Assembly: GCA_964057225.1 (NCBI GenBank)
Contig: OZ059900.1
Coordinates: 5,270,001-5,334,000 of the forward strand
Reading direction: 5' to 3'
DNA length: 64,000 nucleotides
Source of the DNA: Auanema rhodensis
Taxonomy: Eukaryota > Animalia > Nematoda
The notes under the pieces were generated by a model that made no database searches, was not told the origin of the DNA, and saw only the letters and a program-made list of their open reading frames with translations. This document shows positions 41,301 to 54,730 of this stretch, one piece after another. A program made the position numbers and the translations under genes. Positions within the stretch are counted from its first letter, which is position 1. Every line of letters begins with the position of its first letter.

Positions 41301-44300
41301 CTATATTATTGTGTTTGATGCATGGTAGCCAGGACTTCCAATTTTATGTGAAGAGTTAGCTATACCACCTAAGTATCCGAAGAAAGTGATCTTGATTTGT
41401 AACTCGGTGCCCGTTAAAGATAGAAGAATACTGTACATTTTAATGAATTCTCCATGGCCATATTAGACTGAAAACACTATCTTATTGTGTTTGATGCATG
41501 GTAGCCAGGACTTCCAATATTATGTGAACAGTTAACTATACCACCTAAGTATCCGAAGAAAGTGATCTTGATTTGTAACTCGGTGCCCGTTAAAGATAGA
41601 AGAATACTGTACATTTTAATGAATTCTCCATGGTCATATTAGTCTAAAAACACTAACTTAATGGGTTTGATGCATGGTAGCCAGGACTTCCAATTTTATG
41701 TGAACAGTTAACTATACCACCTAAGTATCTAAAGAAAGTGATCTTGATTTGTAACTCGGTGCCCGTTAAAGATAGAAGAATACTGTACATTTTAATGAAT
41801 TCTCCATGGTCATATTAGTCTAAAAACACTATCTTATTGTGTTTGATGCATGGTAGCCAGGACTTCCAATTTTATGTGAACAGTTAACTATACCACCTAA
41901 GTATCCGAAGAAAGTGATCTTGATTTGTAACTTGGTGCCCGTTAAAGATAGAAGAATACTGTACATTTTAATAAATTCTCCATGGTCATATTGGTCTAAA
42001 AACACTATCTTATTGTGTTTGATGCATGGTAGCCAGGACTTCCAATTTTATGTGAACAGTTAACTATACCACCTAAGTATCTAAAGAAAGGAATCTTGAT
42101 TTGTAACTCGGTGCCCGTTAAAGATAGAAGAATACTGTACATTTTAATGAATTCTCCATGGTCATATTAGTCTAAAAACACTAACTTAATGGGTTTGATG
42201 CATGGTAACCAAGACTTCCAATTTTATGTGAACAGTTAACTATACCACCTAAGTATCTAAAGAAAGTGATCTTGATTTGTAACTCGGTGCCCGTTAAAGA
42301 TAGAAGAATACTGTACATTTTAATAAATTCTCCATAGCCATATTAGACTAAAAACACTATCTTATTGTGTTTGATGCATGGTAGCCAGGACTTCCAATTT
42401 TATGTGAAGAGTTAACTATACCACCTAAGTATCCGAAGAAAGTGATCTTGATTTGTAACTTGGTGCCCGTTAAAGATAGAAGAATACTGTACATTTTAAT
42501 GAATTCTCCATGGTCATATTAGTCTAAAAACACTATCTTATTGTGTTTGATGCATGGTAGCCAGGACTTCCAATTTTATGTGAACAGTTAACTATACCAC
42601 CTAAGTATCCGAAGAAAGTGATCTTGATTTGTAACTTGGTGCCCGTTAAAGATAGAAGAATACTGTACATTTTAATAAATTCTCCATGGCCATATTAGAC
42701 TAAAAACACTATCTTATTGTGTTTGATGCATGGTAGCCAGGACTTCCAATTTTATGTGAACAGTTAACTATACCACCTAAGTATCCGAAGAAAGTGATCT
42801 TGATTTGTAACTTGGTGCCCGTTAAAGATAGAAGAATACTGTACATTTTAATAAATTCTCCATGGCCATATTAGACTAAAAACACTATCTTATTGTGTTT
42901 GATGCATGGTAGCCAGGACTTCCAATTTTATGTGAACAGTTAACTATACCACCTAAGTATCCGAAGAAAGTGATCTTGATTTGTAACTTGGTGCCCGTTA
43001 AAGATAGAAGAATACTGTACATTTTAATAAATTCTCCATGGCCATATTAGACTAAAAACACTATCTTATTGTGTTTGATGCATGGTAGCCAGGACTTCCA
43101 ATTTTATGTGAAGAGTTAACTATACCACCTAAGTATCCGAAGAAAGTGATCTTGATTTGTAACTCGGTGCCCGTTAAAGATAGAAAAATACTGTACATTT
43201 TAATGAATTCTCCATGGTCATATTAGTCTAAAAACACTATCTTATTGTGTTTGATGCATGGTAGCCAGGACTTCCAATTTTATGTGAACAGTTAACTATA
43301 CCACCTAAGTATCTAAAGAAAGTGATCTTGATTTGTAACTCGGTGCCCGTTAAAGATAGAAAAATACTGTACATTTTAATGAATTCTCCATGGTCATATT
43401 AGTCTAAAAACACTATCTTATTGTGTTTGATGCATGGTAGCCAGGACTTCCAATTTTATGTGAACAGTTAACTATACCACCTAAGTATCCGAAGAAAGTG
43501 ATCTTGATTTGTAACTTGGTGCCCGTTAAAGATAGAAGAATACTGTACATTTTAATGAATTCTCCATGGTCATATTAGTCTAAAAACACTATCTTATTGT
43601 GTTTGATGCATGGTAGCCAGGACTTCCAATTTTATGTGAACAGTTAACTATACCACCTAAGTATCTAAAGAAAGTGATCTTGATTTGTAACTCGGTGCCC
43701 GTTAAAGATAGAAAAATACTGTACATTTTAATGAATTCTCCATGGTCATATTAGTCTAAAAACACTATCTTATTGTGTTTGATGCATGGTAGCCAGGACT
43801 TCCAATTTTATGTGAACAGTTAACTATACCACCTAAGTATCCGAAGAAAGTGATCTTGATTTGTAACTTGGTGCCCGTTAAAGATAGAAGAATACTGTAC
43901 ATTTTAATGAATTCTCCATGGTCATATTAGTCTAAAAACACTAACTTAATGGGTTTGATGCATGGTAACCAAGACTTCCAATTTTATGTGAACAGTTAAC
44001 TATACCACCTAAGTATCTAAAGAAAGTGATCTTGATTTGTAACTCGGTGCCCGTTAAAGATAGAAGAATACTGTACATTTTAATGAATTTTCCATGGCCA
44101 TATTAGTCTAAAAACACTATCTTATTGTGTTTGATGCATGGTAGCCAGGACTTCCAATTTTATGTGAACAGTTAACTATACCACCTAAGTATCTAAAGAA
44201 AGTGATCTTGATTTGTAACTCGGTGCCCGTTAAAGATAGAAAAATACTGTACATTTTAATGAATTCTCCAGGGTCATATTAGTCTAAAAACACTATCTTA

Positions 44301-45182
44301 TTGTGTTTGATGCATGGTAGCCAGGACTTCCAATTTTATGTGAACAGTTAACTATACCACCTAAGTATCTAAAGAAAGTGATCTTGATTTGTAACTCGGT
44401 GCCCGTTAAAGATAGAAAAATACTGTACATTTTAATGAATTCTCCATGGTCATATTAGTCTAAAAACACTATCTTATTGTGTTTGATGCATGGTAGCCAG
44501 GACTTCCAATTTTATGTGAACAGTTAACTATACCACCTAAGTATCTAAAGAAAGTGATCTTGATTTGTAACTCGGTGCCCGTTAAAGATAGAAGAATACT
44601 GTACATTTTAATGAATTCTCCATGGTCATATTAGTCTAAAAACACTATCTTATTGTGTTTGATGCATGGTAGCCAGGACTTCCAATTTTATGTGAACAGT
44701 TAACTATACCACCTAAGTATCTAAAGAAAGTGATCTTGATTTGTAACTTGGTGCCCGTTAAAGATAGAAGAATACTGTACATTTTAATAAATTCTCCATG
44801 GCCATATTAGACTAAAAACACTATCTTATTGTGTTTGATGCATGGTAGCCAGGACTTCCAATTTTATGTGAACAGTTAACTATACCACCTAAGTATCCGA
44901 AGAAAGTGATCTTGATTTGTAACTTGGTGCCCGTTAAAGATAGAAGAATACTGTACATTTTAATAAATTCTCCATGGCCATATTAGACTAAAAACACTAT
45001 CTTATTGTGTTTGATGCATGGTAGCCAGGACTTCCAATTTTATGTGAACAGTTAACTATACCACCTAAGTATCCGAAGAAAGTGATCTTGATTTGTAACT
45101 TGGTGCCCGTTAAAGATAGAAGAATACTGTACATTTTAATAAATTCTCCATGGCCATATTAGACTAAAAACACTATCTTATT
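34977..45182. repeat. 29-monomer near-perfect tandem duplication (period 5103 bp)
   Basis: More than 10 rare markers recur at +5103 (29x176-1), including the G deletion (35235/40338), AAAGTTAG, GACTGAAA (twice), GAACACTG, CAATATTAT, TATTGGTC, AAAGGAATC, CATAGCC and CTCCAGGG. Confidence 0.95.
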
Positions 45183-48100
45183 GTGTTTGATGCATGGTAG
45201 CCAGGACTTCCAATTTTATGTGAAGAGTTAACTATACCACCTAAGTATCCGAAGAAAGTGATCTTGATTTGTAACTCGGTGCCCGTTAAAGATAGAAAAA
45301 TACTGTACATTTTAATGAATTCTCCATGGTCATATTAGTCTAAAAACACTATCTTATTGTGTTTGATGCATGGTAGCCAGAACTTCCAATTTTATGTGAA
45401 CAGTTAACTATACCACCTAAGTATCTAAAGAAAGTGATCTTGATTTGTAACTCGGTGCCCGTTAAAGATAGAAAAATACTGTACATTTTAATGAATTCTC
45501 CATGGTCATATTAGTCTAAAAACACTATCTTATTGTGTTTGATGCATGGTAGCCAGGACTTCCAATTTTATGTGAACAGTTAACTATACCACCTAAGTAT
45601 CTAAAGAAAGTGATCTTGATTTGTAACTCGGTGCCCGTTAAAGATAGAAGAATACTGTACATTTTAATGAATTCTCCATGGTCATATTAGTCTAAAAACA
45701 CTAACTTAATGGGTTTGATGCATGGTAACCAAGACTTCCAATTTTATGTGAACAGTTAACTATACCACCTAAGTATCCGAAGAAAGTGATCTTGATTTGT
45801 AACTCGGTGCCCGTTAAAGATAGAAGAATATTGTACATTTTAATGAATTTTCCATGGTCATATTAGTCTAAAAACACTATCTTATTGTGTTTGATGCATG
45901 GTAGCCAGGACTTCCAATTTTATGTGAACAGTTAACTATACCACCTAAGTATCTAAAGAAAGTGATCTTGATTTGTAACTTGGTGCCCGTTAAAGATAGA
46001 AGAATACTGTACATTTTAATGAATTCTCCATGGTCATATTAGTCTAAAAACACTAACTTAATGGGTTTGATGCATGGTAACCAAGACTTCCAATTTTATG
46101 TGAACAGTTAACTATACCACCTAAGTATCCGAAGAAAGTGATCTTGATTTGTAACTCGGTGCCCGTTAAAGATAGAAGAATACTGTACATTTTAATGAAT
46201 TCTCCATGGTCATATTAGTCTAAAAACACTAACTTAATGGGTTTGATGCATGGTAGCCAGGACTTCCAATTTTATGTGAACAGTTAACTATACCACCTAA
46301 GTATCTAAAGAAAGTGATCTTGATTTGTAACTTGGTGCCCGTTAAAGATAGAAGAATACTGTACATTTTAATAAATTCTCCATGGTCATATTAGTCTAAA
46401 AACACTATCTTATTGTGTTTGATGCATGGTAGCCAGGACTTCCAATTTTATGTGAACAGTTAACTATACCACCTAAGTATCTAAAGAAAGTGATCTTGAT
46501 TTGTAACTCGGTGCCCGTTAAAGATAGAAAAATACTGTACATTTTAATGAATTCTCCATGATCATATTAGTCTAAAAACACTATCTTATTGTGTTTGATG
46601 CATGGTAGCCAGGACTTCCAATTTTATGTGAACAGTTAACTATACCACCTAAGTATCTAAAGAAAGTGATCTTGATTTGTAACTCGGTGCCCGTTAAAGA
46701 TAGAAAAATACTGTACATTTTAATGAATTCTCCATGGTCATATTAGTCTAAAAACACTATCTTATTGTGTTTGATGCATGGTAGCCAGGACTTCCAATTT
46801 TATGTGAACAGTTAACTATACCACCTAAGTATCTAAAGAAAGTGATCTTGATTTGTAACTCGGTGCCCGTTAAAGATAGAAAAATACTGTACATTTTAAT
46901 GAATTCTCCATGGTCATATTAGTCTAAAAACACTATCTTATTGTGTTTGATGCATGGTAGCCAGGACTTCCAATTTTATGTGAACAGTTAACTATACCAC
47001 CTAAGTATCTAAAGAAAGTGATCTTGATTTGTAACTCGGTGCCCGTTAAAGATAGAAGAATACTGTACATTTTAATGAATTCTCCATGGTCATATTAGTC
47101 TAAAAACACTATCTTATTGTGTTTGATGCATGGTAGCCAGGACTTCCAATTTTATGTGAACAGTTAACTATACCACCTAAGTATCTAAAGAAAGTGATCT
47201 TGATTTGTAACTCGGTGCCCGTTAAAGATAGAAGAATACTGTACATTTTAATGAATTTTCCATGGCCATATTAGTCTAAAAACACTAACTTAATGGGTTT
47301 GATGCATGGTAACCAAGACTTCCAATTTTATGTGAACAGTTAACTATACCACCTAAGTATCTAAAGAAAGGGATCTTGATTTGTAACTCGGTGCCCGTTA
47401 AAGATAGAAGAATACTGTACATTTTAATAAATTCTCCATGGTCATATTAGTCTAAAAACACTAACTTAATGGGTTTGATGCATGGTAACCAAGACTTCCA
47501 ATTTTATCTGAACAGTTAACTATACCACCTAAGTATCCGAAGAAAGTGATCTTGATTTGTAACTCGGTGCCCGTTAAAGATAGAAGAATACTGTACATTT
47601 TAATGAATTTTCCATGGCCATATTAGTCTAAAAACACTATCTTATTGTGTTTGATGCATGGTAGCCAGGACTTCCAATTTTATGTGAACAGTTAACTATA
47701 CCACCTAAGTATCTAAAGAAAGTGATCTTGATTTGTAACTCGGTGCCCGTTAAAGATAGAAGAATACTGTACATTTTAATGATTTCTCCATGGTCATATT
47801 AGTCTAAAAACACTAACTTAATGGGTTTGATGCATGGTAACCAAGACTTCCAATTTTATGTGAACAGTTAACTATACCACCTAAGTATCCGAAGAAAGTG
47901 ATCTTGATTTGTAACTCGGTGCCCGTTAAAGATAGAAGAATATTGTACATTTTAATGAATTTTCCATGGCCATATTAGTCTAAAAACACTATCTTATTGT
48001 GTTTGATGCATGGTAGCCAGGACTTCCAATTTTATGTGAACAGTTAACTATACCACCTAAGTATCTAAAGAAAGTGATCTTGATTTGTAACTCGGTGCCC

Positions 48101-50682
48101 GTTAAAGATAGAAGAATACTGTACATTTTAATAAATTCTCCATGGTCATATTAGTCTAAAAACACTATCTTATTGTGTTTGATGCATGGTAGCCAGGACT
48201 TCCAATTTTATGTGAACAGTTAACTATACCACCTAAGTATCTAAAGAAAGTGATCTTGATTTGTAACTCGGTGCCCGTTAAAGATAGAAAAATACTGTAC
48301 ATTTTAATGAATTCTCCATGGTCATATTAGTCTAAAAACACTAACTTAATGGGTTTGATGCATGGTAGCCAGGACTTCCAATTTTATGTGAACAGTTAAC
48401 TATACCACCTAAGTATCCGAAGAAAGTGATCTTGATTTGTAACTTGGTGCCCGTTAAAGATAGAAGAATACTGTACATTTTAATGAATTCTCCATGGTCA
48501 TATTAGTCTAAAAACACTAACTTAATGGGTTTGATGCATGGTAACCAAGACTTCCAATTTTATCTGAACAGTTAACTATACCACATAAGTATCCGAAGAA
48601 AGTGATCTTGATTTGTAACTTGGTGCCCGTTAAAGATAGAAGAATACTGTACATTTTAATAAATTCTCCATGGTCATATTAGTCTAAAAACACTATCTTA
48701 TTGTGTTTGATGCATGGTAGCCAGGACTTCCAATTTTATGTGAACAGTTAACTATACCACCTAAGTATCTAAAGAAAGGGATCTTGATTTGTAACTCGGT
48801 GCCCGTTAAAGATAGAAGAATACTGTACATTTTAATGAATTCTCCATGGTCATATTAGTCTAAAAACACTAACTTAATGGGTTTGATGCATGGTAACCAA
48901 GACTTCCAATTTTATGTGAACAGTTAACTATACCACCTAAGTATCTAAAGAAAGTGATCTTGATTTGTAACTCGGTGCCCGTTAAAGATAGAAGAATACT
49001 GTACATTTTAATAAATTCTCCATAGCCATATTAGACTAAAAACACTATCTTATTGTGTTTGATGCATGGTAGCCAGGACTTCCAATTTTATGTGAAGAGT
49101 TAACTATACCACCTAAGTATCCGAAGAAAGTGATCTTGATTTGTAACTTGGTGCCCGTTAAAGATAGAAGAATACTGTACATTTTAATGAATTCTCCATG
49201 GTCATATTAGTCTAAAAACACTATCTTATTGTGTTTGATGCATGGTAGCCAGGACTTCCAATTTTATGTGAACAGTTAACTATACCACCTAAGTATCCGA
49301 AGAAAGTGATCTTGATTTGTAACTTGGTGCCGTTAAAGATAGAAGAATACTGTACATTTTAATAAATTCTCCATGGCCATATTAGACTAAAAACACTATC
49401 TTATTGTGTTTGATGCATGGTAGCCAGGACTTCCAATTTTATGTGAACAGTTAACTATACCACCTAAGTATCCGAAGAAAGTGATCTTGATTTGTAACTT
49501 GGTGCCCGTTAAAGATAGAAGAATACTGTACATTTTAATAAATTCTCCATGGCCATATTAGACTAAAAACACTATCTTATTGTGTTTGATGCATGGTAGC
49601 CAGGACTTCCAATTTTATGTGAACAGTTAACTATACCACCTAAGTATCCGAAGAAAGTGATCTTGATTTGTAACTTGGTGCCCGTTAAAGATAGAAGAAT
49701 ACTGTACATTTTAATGAGTTCTCCATGGTCATATTAGTCTAAAAACACTATCTTATTGTGTTTGATGCATGGTAGCCAGGACTTCCAATTTTATGTGAAC
49801 AGTTAACTATACCACCTAAGTATCCGAAGAAAGTGATCTTGATTTGTAACTTGGTGCCGTTAAAGATAGAAGAATACTGTACATTTTAATAAATTCTCCA
49901 TGGCCATATTAGACTAAAAACACTATCTTATTGTGTTTGATGCATGGTAGCCAGGACTTCCAATTTTATGTGAACAGTTAACTATACCACCTAAGTATCC
50001 GAAGAAAGTGATCTTGATTTGTAACTTGGTGCCCGTTAAAGATAGAAGAATACTGTACATTTTAATAAATTCTCCATGGCCATATTAGACTAAAAACACT
50101 ATCTTATTGTGTTTGATGCATGGTAGCCAGGACTTCCAATTTTATGTGAACAGTTAACTATACCACCTAAGTATCCGAAGAAAGTGATCTTGATTTGTAA
50201 CTTGGTGCCCGTTAAAGATAGAAGAATACTGTACATTTTAATAAATTCTCCATGGCCATATTAGACTAAAAACACTATCTTATTGTGTTTGATGCATGGT
50301 AGCCAGGACTTCCAATTTTATGTGAAGAGTTAACTATACCACCTAAGTATCCGAAGAAAGTGATCTTGATTTGTAACTCGGTGCCCGTTAAAGATAGAAA
50401 AATACTGTACATTTTAATGAATTCTCCATGGTCATATTAGTCTAAAAACACTATCTTATTGTGTTTGATGCATGGTAGCCAGGACTTCCAATTTTATGTG
50501 AACAGTTAACTATACCACCTAAGTATCTAAAGAAAGTGATCTTGATTTGTAACTCGGTGCCCGTTAAAGATAGAAAAATACTGTACATTTTAATGAATTC
50601 TCCATGGTCATATTAGTCTAAAAACACTAACTTAATGGGTTTGATGCATGGTAAACAAGACTTCCAATTTTATGTGAACAGT

Positions 50683-53498
50683 TAACTATACCACCTAAGT
50701 ATCCGAAGAAAGTGATCTTGATTTGTAACTCGGTGCCCGTTAAAGATAGAAGAATATTGTACATTTTAATGAATTTTCCATGGCCATATTAGTCTAAAAA
50801 CACTATCTTATTGTGTTTGATGCATGGTAGCCAGGACTTCCAATTTTATGTGAACAGTTAACTATACCACCTAAGTATCTAAAGAAAGTGATCTTGATTT
50901 GTAACTTGGTGCCCGTTAAAGATAGAAGAATACTGTACATTTTAATGAATTCTCCATGGTCATATTAGTCTAAAAACACTATCTTATTGTGTTTGATGCA
51001 TGGTAGCCAGGACTTCCAATTTTATGTGAACAGTTAACTATACCACCTAAGTATCCGAAGAAAGTGATCTTGATTTGTAACTTGGTGCCCGTTAAAGATA
51101 GAAGAATACTGTACATTTTAATGAATTCTCCATGGTCATATTAGTCTAAAAACACTATCTTATTGTGTTTGATGCATGGTAGCCAGGACTTCCAATTTTA
51201 TGTGAACAGTTAACTATACCACCTAAGTATCTAAAGAAAGTGATCTTGATTTGTAACTCGGTGCCCGTTAAAGATAGAAAAATACTGTACATTTTAATGA
51301 ATTCTCCATGGTCATATTAGTCTAAAAACACTATCTTATTGTGTTTGATGCATGGTAGCCAGGACTTCCAATTTTATGTGAACAGTTAACTATACCACCT
51401 AAGTATCCGAAGAAAGTGATCTTGATTTGTAACTTGGTGCCCGTTAAAGATAGAAGAATACTGTACATTTTAATGAATTCTCCATGGTCATATTAGTCTA
51501 AAAACACTAACTTAATGGGTTTGATGCATGGTAACCAAGACTTCCAATTTTATGTGAACAGTTAACTATACTACCTAAGTATCTAAAGAAAGTGATCTTG
51601 ATTTGTAACTCGGTGCCCGTTAAAGATAGAAGAATACTGTACATTTTAATGAATTCTCCATGGTCATATTAGACTAAAAACACTATCTTATTGTGTTTGA
51701 TGCATGGTAGCCAGGACTTCCAATTTTATGTGAACAGTTAACTATACCACCTAAGTATCTAAAGAAAGTGATCTTGATTTGTAACTCGGTGCCCGTTAAA
51801 GATAGAAGAATACTGTACATTTTAATGAATTCTCCATGGTCATATTAGTCTAAAAACACTAACTTAATGGGTTTGATGCATGGTAACCAAGACTTCCAAT
51901 TTTATGTGAACAGTTAACTATACTACCTAAGTATCTAAAGAAAGTGATCTTGATTTGTAACTCGGTGCCCGTTAAAGATAGAAGAATACTGTACATTTTA
52001 ATGAATTCTCCATGGTCATATTAGTCTAAAAACACTAACTTAATGGGTTTGATGCATGGTAGCCAGGACTTCCAATTTTATGTGAACAGTTAACTATACC
52101 ACCTAAGTATCTAAAGAAAGTGATCTTGATTTGTAACTCGGTGCCCGTTAAAGATAGAAGAATACTGTACATTTTAATGAATTCTCCATGGTCATATTAG
52201 ACTAAAAACACTATCTTATTGTGTTTGATGCATGGTAGCCAGGACTTCCAATTTTATGTGAACAGTTAACTATACCACCTAAGTATCTAAAGAAAGTGAT
52301 CTTGATTTGTAACTTGGTGCCCGTTAAAGATAGAAGAATACTGTACATTTTAATAAATTCTCCATGGCCATATTAGACTAAAAACACTATCTTATTGTGT
52401 TTGATGCATGGTAGCCAGGACTTCCAATTTTATGTGAACAGTTAACTATACCACCTAAGTATCCGAAGAAAGTGATCTTGATTTGTAACTTGGTGCCCGT
52501 TAAAGATAGAAAAATACTGTACATTTTAATGAATTCTCCATGGTCATATTAGTCTAAAAACACTAACTTAATGGGTTTGATGCATGGTAACCAAGACTTC
52601 CAATTTTATGTGAACAGTTAACTATACCACCTAAGTATCCGAAGAAAGTGATCTTGATTTGTAACTCGGTGCCCGTTAAAGATAGAAGAATATTGTACAT
52701 TTTAATGAATTTTCCATGGCCATATTAGTCTAAAAACACTATCTTATTGTGTTTGATGCATGGTAGCCAGGACTTCCAATTTTATGTGAACAGTTAACTA
52801 TACCACCTAAGTATCTAAAGAAAGTGATCTTGATTTGTAACTTGGTGCCCGTTAAAGATAGAAGAATACTGTACATTTTAATGAATTCTCCATGGTCATA
52901 TTAGTCTAAAAACACTATCTTATTGTGTTTGATGCATGGTAGCCAGGACTTCCAATTTTATGTGAACAGTTAACTATACCACCTAAGTATCCGAAGAAAG
53001 TGATCTTGATTTGTAACTTGGTGCCCGTTAAAGATAGAAGAATACTGTACATTTTAATGAATTCTCCATGGTCATATTAGTCTAAAAACACTATCTTATT
53101 GTGTTTGATGCATGGTAGCCAGGACTTCCAATTTTATGTGAACAGTTAACTATACCACCTAAGTATCTAAAGAAAGTGATCTTGATTTGTAACTCGGTGC
53201 CCGTTAAAGATAGAAAAATACTGTACATTTTAATGAATTCTCCATGGTCATATTAGTCTAAAAACACTATCTTATTGTGTTTGATGCATGGTAGCCAGGA
53301 CTTCCAATTTTATGTGAACAGTTAACTATACCACCTAAGTATCCGAAGAAAGTGATCTTGATTTGTAACTTGGTGCCCGTTAAAGATAGAAGAATACTGT
53401 ACATTTTAATGAATTCTCCATGGTCATATTAGTCTAAAAACACTAACTTAATGGGTTTGATGCATGGTAACCAAGACTTCCAATTTTATGTGAACAGT
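50683..53498. repeat. 5-monomer block duplicated at 11-monomer offset (50683-51562 / 52619-53498)
   Basis: AATATTGT marker at ~50757 and ~52693, followed by four matching unit haplotypes. Confidence 0.8.
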
Positions 53499-54730
53499 TA
53501 ACTATACCACCTAAGTATCTAAAGAAAGTGATCTTGATTTGTAACTCGGTGCCCGTTAAAGATAGAAGAATACTGTACATTTTAATGAATTTTCCATGGC
53601 CATATTAGTCTAAAAACACTATCTTATTGTGTTTGATGCATGGTAGCCAGGACTTCCAATTTTATGTGAACAGTTAACTATACCACCTAAGTATCTAAAG
53701 AAAGTGATCTTGATTTGTAACTCGGTGCCCGTTAAAGATAGAAGAATACTGTACATTTTAATGAATTCTCCATGGTCATATTAGACTAAAAACACTATCT
53801 TATTGTGTTTGATGCATGGTAGCCAGGACTTCCAATTTTATGTGAACAGTTAACTATACCACCTAAGTATCTAAAGAAAGTGATCTTGATTTGTAACTTG
53901 GTGCCCGTTAAAGATAGAAGAATACTGTACATTTTAATGAATTTTCCATGGCCATATTAGTCTAAAAACACTATCTTATTGTGTTTGATGCATGGTAGCC
54001 AGGACTTCCAATTTTATGTGAACAGTTAACTATACCACCTAAGTATCTAAAGAAAGTGATCTTGATTTGTAACTTGGTGCCCGTTAAAGATAGAAGAATA
54101 CTGTACATTTTAATGAATTCTCCATGGTCATATTAGACTAAAAACACTATCTTATTGTGTTTGATGCATGGTAGCCAGGACTTCCAATTTTATGTGAACA
54201 GTTAACTATACCACCTAAGTATCTAAAGAAAGTGATCTTGATTTGTAACTTGGTGCCCGTTAAAGATAGAAGAATACTGTACATTTTAATGAATTTTCCA
54301 TGGCCATATTAGTCTAAAAACACTATCTTATTGTGTTTGATGCATGGTAGCCAGGACTTCCAATTTTATGTGAACAGTTAACTATACCACCTAAGTATCT
54401 AAAGAAAGTGATCTTGATTTGTAACTCGGTGCCCGTTAAAGATAGAAGAATACTGTACATTTTAATGAATTCTCCATGGTCATATTAGACTAAAAACACT
54501 ATCTTATTGTGTTTGATGCATGGTAGCCAGGACTTCCAATTTTATGTGAACAGTTAACTATACCACCTAAGTATCTAAAGAAAGTGATCTTGATTTGTAA
54601 CTTGGTGCCCGTTAAAGATAGAAGAATACTGTACATTTTAATGAATTTTCCATGGCCATATTAGTCTAAAAACACTATCTTATTGTGTTTGATGCATGGT
54701 AGCCAGGACTTCCAATTTTATGTGAACAGT
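53499..54730. repeat. Local dimeric (352-bp) higher-order repeat, 3.5 copies
   Basis: Strict alternation of GAATTTTCC/GCC/TCT units with GAATTCTCC/GTC/ACT units over seven monomers. Confidence 0.8.
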
